Source of the DNA: the human T2T-CHM13v2.0 reference genome, Homo sapiens
Strand: one strand, 5' to 3'
Assembly: GCF_009914755.1 (NCBI RefSeq)
Contig: NC_060936.1
Length of the DNA: 64,000 bases
Every line of letters starts with the position of its first letter. Positions within the stretch are counted from its first letter, which is position 1. The translations under genes were made by a program, and so were the position numbers. Under the pieces are notes generated by a model, which was given only the letters and a program-made list of their open reading frames with translations, was not told the origin of the DNA and ran no database searches. Positions 15,686 through 35,070 of the stretch are shown one piece after another.

Positions 15686-15785
15686 TTTTTTTTTTTAAAT
15701 AAGAGATGTGGTCTCACTATATTGCCTAGGCTGGGCTCAAACTCTTTGGCTTAAGCAATCCTCCTGCCTCAGCCTCTCAGGTAGC
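15686..15785 (-). mobile_element. FLAM/AluJ monomer fragment
   Basis: Poly-T followed by Alu monomer sequence. Confidence 0.75.
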
Positions 15786-17792
15786 AGGGTGGCTAACTTG
15801 GGGCTTTTAGGTTACTGACTTATAAAGGTTTCTTTCCACAAAATCATGAAGATGAAAATGGAACAGAGAACACTGTGGGTCCCAGCTCAGGTCCACAGTT
15901 AGAAAACTTAGGCCCTAAGTATATCCTAGCTCCAGTTGAGAATCTGGATACAATTGGTAAATTAACAAGAAACATGACCCAGTTAAGAAAGTTATGGCCT
16001 AATGCTTTCTATATAGGTTACACAGACATGAAGAGAAACAATAGTGCCCTACATACAAAAGCTGAAGCCAAAGAAACCAATGGTAGAGTATCTGAAAATT
16101 CATTAAAATATGAAAGGATGGGGAAAACAACTAAATGAAAATATGAACTAAGTAAGAGCACCATTGTGGTAGACTATAGAAGATGATATACAACAAGACC
16201 TTCCTTCAGGTCATTTTGTTGAAGCAGTACTGGGTTAGAATCTAAAACTCATTTTTTTTTGGAGAAAATTAGTCCATGATTTAAGATCATTACATTTAGG
16301 ATTCTATGGGATAATGAATCTTAAGATAAATAAGATAGGAATAAGACTAATGGTATTAAAGTTCAAAAAGGCAGATAGTTTCAAAAGACAGTGCTGTAAA
16401 TTTAGGAGTAAAGTACAGTATCTCTTTTTATTAGGTTTTGAATACTCAAGGTGTGTCACAGTAAGTCAAAAGAAAATATACCTTATAACAGACGTACAAG
16501 GAACAGAAAAAACTGCAATTAACTTTCATTAGAGGATAAGTTAAGGCTACATAAAAGAGATGCAATTTGAACTAGATCTTGAAGGAAAAATAAGAGTCCG
16601 AGATAGAGAAATTAAAGATACAGGTGACGAAGAGTATAGAGGAAGTAGAGAGATGGGATTAAAAGCACTGTTCACTTAAGAAGTAAAGGGGAAAAGGACA
16701 TTTTCAAAATAGAAAGGGAGGAGAGAATGGATGAAGGTACCGGAATTATAAGATGGCAAGAAGTTGAGAAAATTCATATCCTTAGCTTATGTACAAGTAA
16801 GAACATCGAACAGTTTCCAAGCTGAAAAGGAAGCAAGGGAGCCAGGTTAATAGGCTGGAAGAAAAAGAGAAGTCCAAAGACTGCTAATTTCAGTATCTTC
16901 AGTGACAGGAGCATGGATAAGAGAAAGAAAAGATATTTATGTCTTTGAAGTGATCAGTTCTAGGTGACGACAAGGTCCAAGAAGCGTCTAGGTGTACAAG
17001 ATGCTAAAGTAGAATAAAGATAAAAGAATGCCAGAGTGCAGATAGAATAAACTGTAAGGCTAAGGTGTTGGGTAGTTCAACAATATGAATACATAGTCAC
17101 CAAGAATGATGGTAAGAGAAACAGAAAACAGAAAAAAGTTGAGCCAGATATCAAAGTCCTCAGCGACTGTTAAGGAATACACTGTAGGTCATTAACTGCA
17201 AGAGATAAAAGACAGGTATAAAACTGGATGCCACAAATATCAAAGAAAAAAATCACTTTAACCATACTCAAACAATGAACTGGAAGCACAAACGGGGCTT
17301 ACAAATGCTCATTTCTCTTCTTGGTCTCTTGTTGCAGGAGAGAGGAAGGAAAAGTAATTTCTACTTAAAAGGCATTCCAGGTTATATGCCATGAGAGGAA
17401 GAAAGCAGTTTTCAGCAGGGGGAGAGGCATTAAAAAAATGTTGAGATTGCAAAAAAAGTTATTGGTATCAGAATAGGGATTCCAGAGGCTACAGTGGAAA
17501 CTGTTAAAAGTTTTAATGAGTAGGTGATAGGGAGAAATCAGAGGGTGAAGGATGAGTAAGTTGGGGGAAAAGTTAACTATGAGATCAAGTACTTTATACT
17601 TTTGAAGTAATTATGAAGGCAGAAATAGTAGGTGAACTGGAGGGCCAAGTTACAACAGAAAATGTAGCTATAAATAAGTTTAAATGGAAACTTTGGAATA
17701 ACATTAAGATGGAACTATTTCAAGTTCCCTTCAAAGTATAGGGAAGTCAACCGTAAGGATCATGGTCTAGGTCTTCTGTGGCAGGCAGCTGA

Positions 17793-18080
<288 letters not shown>

Positions 18081-18207
18081 ATATATGCTATTTCGACATT
18101 CAACAAATATTTATTGAGTACCTATACATGCTAAGCCCATTCTAAGTGTTGTGGATACATCAGAAAATAACAAGGACAGAATGCCTACCCTTGAGTTTAT
18201 ACTCCAA

Positions 18208-18422
18208 CAGTGTTGTCTGATAGAACTTTCTTTGATGGTGGAAATATTCTACAATCTGTGCCTTCCAATATGATAGTCACTAGCAACATGTTGCTAGTGC
18301 ACACTTGAAATGTACTTCATGTGACTGAAGAAACTGAATTTTAATTTTTTAAAATTCTAATTTAAATTTAGGTTTCAACAGTCATCTGTGACTAGTAATA
18401 TCATATTGGGCAGCAAAGGCTC
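18208..18422. mobile_element. MER3-like hAT MITE
   Basis: cagtgttgtctgatagaactttc...tcactagcaacatg...cacttgaaatgt...ttgggcagca. Confidence 0.7.
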
Positions 18423-19258
18423 TAATGTAACTTCTTGGCTTCATTTAATGTGAGTCCCTGCTATCAAAGGGAAGCAACATACAGGGCAAACAATAGAAGT
18501 TGTATTTTTCTACTGTGATTTCTCTACTGTCAAAGAGTCCTACAAGTCTCATGAGAATGGCAGTAGCCTTCTTATACCAACCTTCTGAAAGCATGGTTCT
18601 TGCTTGTGAGCACTGGAAATTGACACTGGCCATTATTAGCAAAAATAAACTTTCCTGAAAGAATATAAGAACCCACTCAAAAGAGAACTAGAAAACTGAA
18701 ACCAGGATACAATAATTGATAGGAATCACAGGCAAAGACATGCCACAGCCCTGCCTGGTCCTTCAAACATTGACACATATCCTTTCATCCCTTACTTCAC
18801 AGTTTAAATTCTTGGGAGAAAATGTGTCCAATGGGCCAATATAATTCTTTTCAAGATGGAGTCTAAGTAGAAAGGTGGATATATTAAATGATAGTTTTTT
18901 GGTTTGTTTTTAAAAAAGCAAATATCCAACACTGGCAGCAAAGAAATCCAAACTGATGAAATGTAAACGTTCATTAAAAGCTCAAGAAAAAAACAGAAAG
19001 CCCCAAATGGGAAATAAGAGCCCTGGCTTTAAGCCATGCAAAAAATAAATTAAGGGGGTATTGACTACAGGATATCATAAATGTTCAGCTTCCCTTTCCC
19101 TTGGTTATTGCTATTCCCCTTGGTTATTTGCTATTATATCAAACTGCATATCATTTACTTCCTCCTCCTTCACCCACTCCACACAGAGACATGGGCATAT
19201 AACCTTGGCTGAGCCAGAGTGCCTGATACCACGGTCGCAGTGGTAGGTCCAGGGATGA

Positions 19259-19590
<332 letters not shown>

Positions 19591-22324
19591 TCGACTCTAG
19601 ACTTTTTAAACTTGAGTTTGCTAACAAGAACTTTGTCCTCTTGGCTTCAACATATGTTCCCAGCATCACAGAGATAGGACAGCAGACAAACGAGAGAGAT
19701 AATAAGAGAGGAGAGAGAAAATAAGAGAGGAGGAATAAAAGAAAAGGAGGAGAAAAGTCACTATTATCTAATTGCATTTGAGTTCCTAGATCCAGGTGTC
19801 CCTGAAACCAGCAAAACCCTTATCTTTCCCACAATTGTGTAAACCAAGAAAGTCCCTTTTGTTTGCTTGCATTAGTTGGAGTTGCGTTGCTGTCATAACC
19901 AAAAGTTGACTACATATTCTATTATATTTAAACTCCTTTAATTTTTACATGGTTTTAATTTGCAAATTGAATAAATGTGCAGCGGAGCAGCCTTTTGAAA
20001 TACAGTACTTTTATAAAAATAATTTTTATTACTCTTGGCACTATGATAAGCTAGTGGTAAAAAAAAAACACTTTCATCAAAAGAAAAGACTGGTATATAA
20101 TTAATAAAGGATCTGTCAAAGCAGTGATTAATATGTAATAGATTAATATCTACTTATCACAGATATATATTATTTGTAAATAAATGGATATTTCTGCTTT
20201 GCATGATTTATACTTTCCATTTCCTTAGTAGGACCTTTTGCTTCACAGATAAGTCTCCAATCTGTCACGGGTTATCTAAATAGGAGGTGCTGCAATTATG
20301 ACCATTTTAATGAATGATCAAAATAGACCTGGTTGATGTAGCTGGACTTATAAATCAGTAAATCATAACTGTCAAGGAAAAAATACCACAATTGTTGAAC
20401 ATTAAAAAAAAAAAGCCATGCAAATCGTGTGAATTTAATCCTGCTAGATTTTATGTTGGTTACTATGTCTTTATTTTAAAATAAGTTGAGGTCATTTACA
20501 CATTGTAAGTGAAACTCCAGAGGAATCAAAGAAAAATTATCAATGTGACTAACAGAATAGAAAATTATTCACATTTAAGAAAAGCTAAAGGAATGAAAGC
20601 TGTTTTATATAGCAAAAAACTAAAAAACAAAACAAAACAAAACCTAAGGGTCAAGTTCATTATTGTGTTCAAGTAATGACAGAATGCTGAACATTTTATC
20701 ACTATGGCAACAGAAACCCAAAGCAGGAGAAACAGGCTTAAATTCTAACAGAAAAGATTCTAACTGGCCAAACTGTGGGATTATCATAGGATAAAACATT
20801 AGAGTAGGATGCCTGGGGAGGGTCTACCCCTACTTTCTGGAGACTGTCAAAGAGAGATTTAAAAACGACCTGTCTTGAATATGTCCTAAAAAATGTACCC
20901 ATCTAAAAGCAAAAGGACAGACAAGATTGGTTCTTAAAATCTATTACAGATTCATGCTTTTAGAATCACAGCCACTAACAATTTAAATAAAGTTATAAAA
21001 CCTAAGTAAATAATAAGTATACCTCTGCCTGAAGTAATTCTTTCCTAAGTAATGCAGATCAAGAACTCTGTCTCAAAACATAGCCTACCACTTAATGAAC
21101 ATGATTTTTAAAAGCCACTCAAACTTTATATAATTAGAGACGTCACTAAGATATTAGAATTTGAAAAGCAGACATAAAGCATTTCCAAGTGTTGAGGATA
21201 ACAGCAGATGTCTAGCTCTGTGTTATCCATATATTCTGCAAAAACAATACAGAAAAAGCAAAGAGAACAAATAAAGCCACACAAAACCATACCCTTAGCA
21301 TAACTGGCAGACAGAAAATGCCCAAAACCTCAAAGTAACTAAGTAAAATGAAGGAAAAAATACCAAATCCCAGCAAGTGATCTCTCCCATTCCCACCTGC
21401 ACATCTTTGCAGGCAAGGGCTCACTGCATGTGAATGTACTTAATTCGCCCATTAAAATAAAATGTTTAATTTATTAAAATTTGGCCCACAAAACAAGACC
21501 CAACTAAACGCTACATATAAAACACACATTTAAAAAGCAAAACGATTCAGAAAATTTAAAAATAAGAGGATAAAAGTATACCAGGCAAATGGAAACTATA
21601 TGAAAACAGAAGTGGTGATGGTATCAGACAAGTCAAGCAAAAAAAAAAGACAAAAAAAGCAATTTTTAATGCTAAACGCTACAATTCACACTTAAAATAG
21701 AACTGCTATGAATATTTATATTCTGTACCAAATACCATGAAACTCACCTTTATGAAACAAAAACTACAAGATATACAAAGAGTCACATACAGAAACACAG
21801 TAATAATAGGAGACTTTAATATATCATTCTTTGTACAAGACAAATCAAGTGGACAAAAAATAAGCAAGTATACAGAAGACCTAAACATCGCAGTTAACAA
21901 GGTAGATCCTATGTGTACAGACACATATGTGTGTATGTATGTCTGTGTGTGTATGTATATATATATAGAACTTCATATATATATATATATATAGAACTTC
22001 ATACTCTTATAAGACTCCATGTGTTTACGTAACACAATAACTGACATATACTATGGGACTAAGTGACTATAGTTCTATAGTCGCTGGGCATGTGACATGT
22101 CCAGAATGCGAACTTAAGAAGACACCCATTCTAAGACTCCTGCAAGTGCAGGGTCAGCACCGTGAGACTGTCGCCTTAAATTTTTTGCACCCTGGGTGCC
22201 TCAATTGCTTTACCCTAGTCCTACCCTTGATAGATTAGGTTACAAAGAAACATCAGAGTGTTCCACAAAGCAGAAAGAGTACAAACAATATTGTGATCAC
22301 AATGCAATAAAGCTAGAAATTAAC

Positions 22325-22634
<310 letters not shown>

Positions 22635-22684
22635 GAAATTAACTTTTTAAAAAGGTTCTCCTACCTGGAAATTAAAAAACCTTC

Positions 22685-23037
22685 TGTTATAGACTGAAAC
22701 ATGTTCCTTCAAGATATGACTACATTTCGAGATAGGGCCTTTAAAGAGACAATTAAGGTTAAAGTCATATGGGTGGGCCCTAATCCAATATGACTAGTGT
22801 CCTTACAAAAAGGATAGACAAGAGGGGATGCAAAGGCACAGAGAAAAGGCCATGTGAGGACAAAGTGGGAAGAAGGTGGCTACCTGCAAGTCAAGAAGAG
22901 AGGTCTTAGGAGAAACCAAGCCAGGCAATACCTTAATCTATGACTTCTAGTCTCCAAAACTGTAAGAAAATTAATTCCTGTTGTTTGATCACCCAGTCTG
23001 TGGTATTTTATTATGGCAGACTTAGCAAACTACTACA
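22685..23037 (+). mobile_element. MLT1A/B MaLR solo LTR
   Basis: tgttatagactgaa...gatagggcctttaaagag...cccagtctgtggtattttattatggcag...tactaca. Confidence 0.75.
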
Positions 23038-24109
23038 TCTTCTGTTAAACAACTCTTTGGCAGAAAGAAAAATGCAAATTAAAATTAGTGAATTTCTTTA
23101 AAAATAATAATTAAAACACTATATAATTTATGGGATACACGTAAAGCAGTGATGAGAAGAAAATTATTAGCACTAAATACTCTTACCAATAAGAATGAAA
23201 GAATAAACTGTAGTAAAATTAAATTCTCAACTCAAAAACAACCAAATGAACAAAGTAAACTAAAAGAAAGCCCAAGGTATACAACATGACCTTAGAAAAC
23301 TCTAAGAAATCAACAAAGCAGCTATTAGAAAATATGTGACTTTAGTAAAGTCACAGGATTCAAGATCAATACATAAAAGTAAACTATATTTCTATATGCA
23401 ACGAACAATTAAGAAGTCAAATGAACTCCATTTATACCATATTTAGAAATAAAATTGAATCAAAGATGAACATGATATATACAATGAAAACTGCAACACA
23501 CTGATGAAAGAAATGAAACCTAAATAAATGGAGAGATGTATGATATTCATGGATTGGAAGACTCAATATTGTTAAGGTAACAATTCTCCTCAAATTGACC
23601 TAAAAATCCAATACAATCCCAATTAAAATTTTAACAAGAATTTAAAAAGATAAAAAACTGATTAAAAAATTAATATTTGAAAGGCAAAGGACCTAGAAAA
23701 GCCAAAAGAATTTAGACAAAAAAGAACCAGGTAGAGGACGTGCACTACCTGAACCAAACTTACTATAAAGCTACAGTAATCAAAATGGTATGATACTGGT
23801 GTAAAGACAAGATCAGTAAAATAGAATAGAGTCCAGAAATAGACTCACACCTGTAATTCAGTGAGGGAAAAGATAGTCTTCAAAAAATGGTGCTGGAACA
23901 ACTGGATACCTACATGAAAATAAAAAGCATATGTGTGCCATTACCTTACACCACATAAAAGTTAAGATGAATTAGACCTTAAAACCTAAAGGTAAAAACC
24001 AAATATTAATCTTTTAGAAGAAAACAAATATCTTTTTAACACAGAATTAGGCAAAGACTTCTTGAAGAGAACACAAAAAATACAAACAAGAAAAAAATTG
24101 ATAAAGTGG

Positions 24110-25665
24110 TGTAGTATTATGATGTATATATATTGGTTTACATATACATATGGGTTTACATTCATGGTTCCTGGCTCGTAACTTCCATAGCCCTTGTCCA
24201 CATTTCCTAAGTGACTAAAACAATACATGTATCTTTGTTACCGTATTAGGCCCTTTGTTTATGGCTCGGGAGGCAGCTTCAGAACAGCTTCAGAGTGATA
24301 AAGGCGAAAGACAGTCTTTGGTTATAATACTGGGGTGCTCTGGGCCTCAGAAAACAGAATCTCTCTCTGACCTTCTGTCCTCCTTTTACCTGCGCCTTTT
24401 TCTCTCCAAGGCAGGCCACACACACTAAAAATATACTCCAATCTTCCCCCATCTTTCTGTCTTGGAACTGGTCATAAAAAAATCCTCTGAATTACCTTAC
24501 CCGACAGCAGGTCATAAGACCCGCATTTCTGAAGGGGTCCTGCCCCTTCCTTATCCAGGAGGAAATAATGCTACACAGAGGGGCCAAGAAGAATCTAAAT
24601 GCACAGGACTTGTTACAATTCTCTGCACAGTCTATTAGTATTAGATCATGCCCTTTTTGTCCAATAAGATTTCCATACGATTGTCCATTCTTCAATCATG
24701 TTTATCCAATGAAGTCTCCAAAAAAGACTCAAGAGGACAGGGTACCGCAAGCCTCCAGACAGCTGAACTCATGGAGGATTACATGAAGGTAAACAAGAAC
24801 TCACCCATGTGCTAGGAGAATGGCACACTCCAACTTCACAGGAACAGAAGCTCCTGAGCTCTGGACCCTTGAGATCTCACCCTATTATTTCTCTTTCTTA
24901 TTGTTTTTTTGAGACAGGGTCTTGCTCTGCTGCCCAGGCTGGAGTGCAATGGCCAATCTCGGCTCACTGCAACCTCTGCCTCCCAGGTTCAAGCAAGTCT
25001 CCTGCCTCAGCCTCCCGAGTAGCTGGGATTACAGGCACCTGCCACCACGCCCAACTAATTTTTTTTGTATTTTTAGTAGAGACGGGGTTTCACTATGTTG
25101 GTCAGGCTGGTCTCAAACTCCTGACCTCAGGTGATCCACCCACCTCAGCTTCCCAAAATGCTGTGATTATAGGCGTGGGCCACCGCACCTGGCCTATTAT
25201 TTCTTCATCTAGCTGTTTATTTGTATCCGCAGTGAGCTGAGATCACACCATTGCACTCCAGCCTGGGTGACAGAGCGAGACGCCGTCTCAAAAAAAAAAA
25301 AAAAATCCTCTTCAATAACCTGGGAAACATAAAGTGTTTCCTTAAGCTTGTGAACCACTCTAGTAAATTTAGCTGAAAGAGAAGGTTATGGAAACCCCAA
25401 CTTAAAAACCTGGTCGATCAGAAGTTCCAGAGTCCTGAAAGTGAGACTGGTGTCTGAAATGGTGGCAATCTTGTGGGACCAAGCCTTCAACCCGCAGGAT
25501 CTGATGCTATCTCCATGTAGAGAGCAGTAGAATCAAATTAGATTAGAAGATGTCAGACTGCTGTCCACTGCAGAACTGAATGCTTGCTTGTTGATGGGTA
25601 GAAATCCATACATTTGGTCACAGAAGTTTTCTGTGTTGTGGTGTGAAAACACAGGAAAAAACACC
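24110..25665 (+). mobile_element. MER21/MER39-type ERV LTR sequence with Alu insertions
   Basis: Starts tgtagtattatgatgtatatatattgg; contains gcaggtcataagaccc and ggccaagaagaatct motifs; Alu (-) 24904-25194 and a short Alu 3' end (+) 25229-25305. Confidence 0.6.
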
Positions 25666-25667
25666 AC

Positions 25668-26031
<364 letters not shown>

Positions 26032-27096
26032 TTATGCGTAACACATAAATAACTATTATAAATCAATAAGATAACTTCTGAATGTAAAAAGTGGCCAAAA
26101 TATTTGAACAGAAACTTCACAAAAGTAGCTTATAAGCACACAAAAAGATGCTAACCACCACTAGTCACAGAGACAATAAAATTAAGACCACAGGTGACAT
26201 GTTACAACATATCCAATTAGAATTATTATTAAGACTGAAAATAACAAGTGTCAGTAGGGATGTAAAACAAACAAAATCCTCATATATTGCTAGTTGGAAT
26301 GAAAAAACTTCTCAAGTGTTTCCACATTGGAAAACAGTATTTCTGTATGTTATAAAATTAAATATATACTTAACATATGACTTAGTAATCCCATTTCTAG
26401 GTATTTAACAAGGAGAAATAAAAACATATTTCCACACAAAGACTTGTAAATGAATGTTCACAGCAGCATTATTCATAATAGCCCCCAACTAAAAACAACC
26501 CAACATTTGTCCAACAAAAGAATAAATAAATCATATTACGTTTATACAATGAATACTAATCAGCAATAAAAAGACATGGGCTACTGATACACTCAGAGCA
26601 TGGATAAGTCACGGGTTGCCTAATGTTGGGACTCAGGAAAGGAGGTCAACTATAAAGAGACATAAAGAAACTTTTGGGGTGATGAAACTATTCCATATTT
26701 TTATTATGGTGAGGATTGTACAACTGTATACAAAATGGATGAATTTTATTTTAGGTACATTAAATGATAACAACAAAACTATAGAAACTTTTTAAGGGCA
26801 AAGAACCAGAAGATAAAAGCAGAAATTAATGAGTTAGAAAATGGGAAACCAGTCGATCTAATAAATAAACCAAAATCCTAATTTAAATGAATGTACTGAA
26901 CTGTATGTTTTAAAATAGTTAAAATGGTAAATTTTATGTATATTTTACCACAAAAAAAATATATATATATACACAAAGCAGTGGCTGACTTGACCAAGAA
27001 AGAAAGAAAGCACACGTATAGAACAAAAAATAACAAAGGGGAAATAAGCATTGAAACAGAAAAAAAATTTAAAAAAAAGAGGTCTACTTTTCAAAA

Positions 27097-28335
<1,239 letters not shown>

Positions 28336-28337
28336 TA

Positions 28338-29800
28338 ATACACCATATTAAAAGAATGAAGAAAAAAATGCATGATCATCTCAACTGATGCAGAAAAAGC
28401 ATTTGACAAAATTCAACACCCTTTCATGATAAAACAAACTAACAAACTCGGAATAGAAGGACACTACCTCAACATAATAAAGCCATATATGAAAAAGCCA
28501 CAGTGAGTATCATAAGCAATGGTGAGAGACTGAAATGTTTTCCTTTAAGATCAGGAATAAACCAAGTACTCCCACTTTTGCCACTTCCATTTGACATGAA
28601 ACTGGAAGTTCTAGCCAGAGCTATTAGGCAAGAGAAAGACAATGAATTCAGCAAAGTAGCTGAATACAAAGCCAACAAACAAAAATTAGCTGCATCTCTA
28701 TACACTAACAATGAATACTATGAAAAGGAAAATGAAGAAAATAATTCCATTTACAATAGCATCAAAAAGAATACATAAAAATTAACTGAACCAAGGAGGT
28801 GAAATACTTAGAAAACTAAAAGACGCTGCTAACAGAAATTAAAGAAGATATAAATAAATGGAAACACATCCCATGTTCATAAATTGAAAGATTTAATATT
28901 GTTGAGATGTCAATACTACCAAAAATAATCTACAGAATCAATGCAATTGCTATCAAAATCCCAATATTTTGCACAGAAATAGAAAAATCTATCCTAAAAT
29001 TCGTATGGAATCTCAAGGCAACCCAAGTAGATGAAATAATCCTGAAGAACAAAACTAGAGAACTCATACTTCCTTATTTCAAAATTTATTGCAAAGTTAT
29101 AATAATCAAAATAGTGTGACACTGACATAAAGACCAACATATAAGCAACTGGAATAGAATACAGAATGAGTAAATAAACCCTCCCATATAGGGTCAAATG
29201 ATTTTTGACAAGAGTACCAAGGTCATTCAATGAAGAAAGGGCAATGTTGTCAACAAACAGTGTTGGGAAAACTGGATACATACATATAAAAGAATGAACT
29301 TGGACCTCTCTTTATATAGGAAAATTAATTTAAAATAGATCAAAGGACTAAATGTGCAACCTAAAACTATAAACTCTTAGAAGATGGGGGAAAGGCTTCA
29401 TGGAATTTGATTTGATAATGATTTCTTGGATATGACACGAAAGGCATAGGGCAATAACAACAACAACAAAAAAAAACAGACAAAATGAACTCCATGAAAA
29501 TAAATTTTTCTGCAACAAAAGATACTTATCAACAGAGTAAAACCCTACAGAATAGGAGAAAATATTTGCAAATCATGTATCTGATAAGGCATTAATATCC
29601 AGAATATACAGAGAAAAACTAAACAAGAATAAAAAATAAAATTTTTAAATGGACAAAAAACTTGACTAGCTGTTTTTCAAAAAAGATGCATATTAAAAGA
29701 TGCTCGACATCACTAATCATTAGAAAGATGCAAATCAAAACTACAATGAGATACTTACTACCTCACACCTATCAGGATGGTTACTATCAAAAAAACATGA
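28338..29800 (+). mobile_element. Old L1MA/MB ORF2 fragment, continuing at 42184-43140
   Basis: ORF2-like peptides 28503..28778 and 28907..29119; ...ttactatcaaaaaaacatga resumes as aataagtgctggtgaagatatggagaaa after 42183. Confidence 0.8.
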
Positions 29801-30988
29801 GGAAGACATCATTAAGATGACTGACTAGAGGACCAACACTCTTCCACAAAGGCCCAAAATAACAAGTAAATAACTGCACTTCAGGTAAGAGTTTCTAAGG
29901 GAGAACAACAGAATTCACATGAAAGAGAAAAAAAAAATCCACTTAATCATGGAGACTTGAGATGGCAGCATAGAGAAGAAAGCAAAGCACCCAGCCAGGA
30001 TTGGCTCAGAACCAAGAGAGACTCCCCATTGTGTGAGAAATGGTAGGTAGGAGTTCCTTAGCAATCCCTAATACCACTGTGGACATGTGTAAACCTAGCT
30101 ACAGAAGAGCCCTAGAGTCCTAACAGGCCCTGAATCCGGTACAGGGAGCTGCTTGGAGTCCACATGGTTACATTGCTCCAGAGAAGGAACACACACTGGG
30201 TCCCCCCACTCCCTGTGACCCAAGCTGCTACAGCATGGCACCATTTTGAGAACCGAGCCAATGCTGAAATACATGCTGCCATGGGGTTCAACAGACCTGG
30301 TATTTCCATATCTGAAGGGTCCCACTGTAATCATGCCACAATCAAATAAAAGGGTCCAACACCACAACCTCAGCTACACAGAGCAGTAAAGCCAAAACTC
30401 CAGAACCTGAGCTGATATAGTAGACCTAAAGGAACAAGCAATCTAGCACAGCAGGGAGGCCACCTCCAAGACCAAGGGCACTGGTGCATGCGGTCCCTAG
30501 GGTTTAAGAACTAGCTGCCAGCCACTGCCAGCAATCCCATTCCCATAACTGGTGAAGCAGAAATGCACCCCACATACCTGTAGGGACCAATGATGGGCCC
30601 ATATGGCAACAGCCACCACTGGCAATTCCACCCCACAACTGGCAAAGCCACCATACCCAATGAGCACCCAACACCCAAGGCCTGAGAACTGTTCCACCTA
30701 GAGGCCCCTATCAACACCAAAGACATGAGATTCATTCTACAAAAACTCACAGCAGAGACCACTGAGGTACTTGCAGACACTGCTGACACGAATTACAGCC
30801 AAAGATCATATGGAGACTACATTACTGTACTAATATAGAAACAAAGCCAAAGCAACTACCCAAACAATACTGCAGGACAAATATACAGGAAAAAGTCCTT
30901 CTTTACAAAAGCTACTCCATAAAATAGAAAGAGACAACTATTCTACCAGATGCACCCATAACATAGGGACACAAGAAACATGAAAAAA

Positions 30989-34350
<3,362 letters not shown>

Positions 34351-34430
34351 AGAAAAACAAGAACAAACAAAGCCCAAAGTTAGTAGAGAGAACTAAAACG
34401 TAAAAATCAGTACAGAAACTTACAAAAAGA

Positions 34431-34920
34431 TGTTGGGAGCAAGCCCCCCAAAGTCTGGCCATAAACTGGCCCCAAAACTGGCCATAAATAAAATCTCTGC
34501 AGCAATGTAACATGTCCATAATGGCCATAATGTCCAAGCTGGAAGGTTGTGGGTTTACAGGAACGAGGGCAAGGAACACCTGGCCCGCCCAGGGTGGAAA
34601 ACCGCTTAAAAGCATTCTTAAGCCACAAACAAAAGCCTGAGCATCTGTGTCTTAAGGGCGTATTCCTGCTGCAATTAATTCGGCCCATCCTTTCGTTTCC
34701 CTTAAGGGGTACTTTTAGTTAATTTAATATCTATAGAAACAATGCTAATGACTGGTTTGCTGTTAATAAATATGTGGGTAAATCTCTGTTCAGGGCTCTC
34801 AGCTCTGAAGGCTGTGAGACCCCTGATTTCCCACTTCACACCTCTATATTTCTGCGTGTGTGTCTTTAATTCCTCTAGTGCCGCTGGGTTAGGGTCTCCC
34901 CTACCAAGCCTGTCTCGGCA
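34431..34920 (+). repeat. 5' LTR (MER9), 490 bp
   Basis: Direct repeat of 37664-38155; AATAAA present; followed by the PBS. Confidence 0.95.
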
Positions 34921-34922
34921 AG

Positions 34923-34947
34923 TGGCGCCCATTCATGGGGGCTCGAA
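34923..34947 (+). promoter_or_regulatory. Primer binding site, tRNA-Lys-like, diverged
   Basis: TGGCGCCCATTCATGGGGGCTCGAA starts 2 nt after the LTR; resembles TGGCGCCCAACGTGGGGCTCGAA. Confidence 0.75.
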
Positions 34948-35070
34948 TCCAGGTCGAAGGGTCGCCAGAGCGACGGCTGGGAACAGAAAACTAGCTGGAG
35001 GACACCCGAGTACTCTTAAAGCAATCCCTGTGGTGAGTAAGAAGGGGAGCTCTGAAGCATCAGGGTAACA

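Noticed and set aside
21022-21085. Possible cryptic minus-strand exon ending CAGAG|GTATAC
   Set aside because: The acceptor lacks a pyrimidine tract, and the flanking CEP83 exons already join in frame without it
21912-22002. Duplicated atatatagaacttcat within a (TG/TA)n tract
   Set aside because: Ordinary microsatellite slippage inside an L1 fragment
24809-25240. Alu-derived ORFs (also 3976, 10062, 27993, 40522, 42159, 55390)
   Set aside because: Standard Alu translations ([20 protein letters not shown]), not genes
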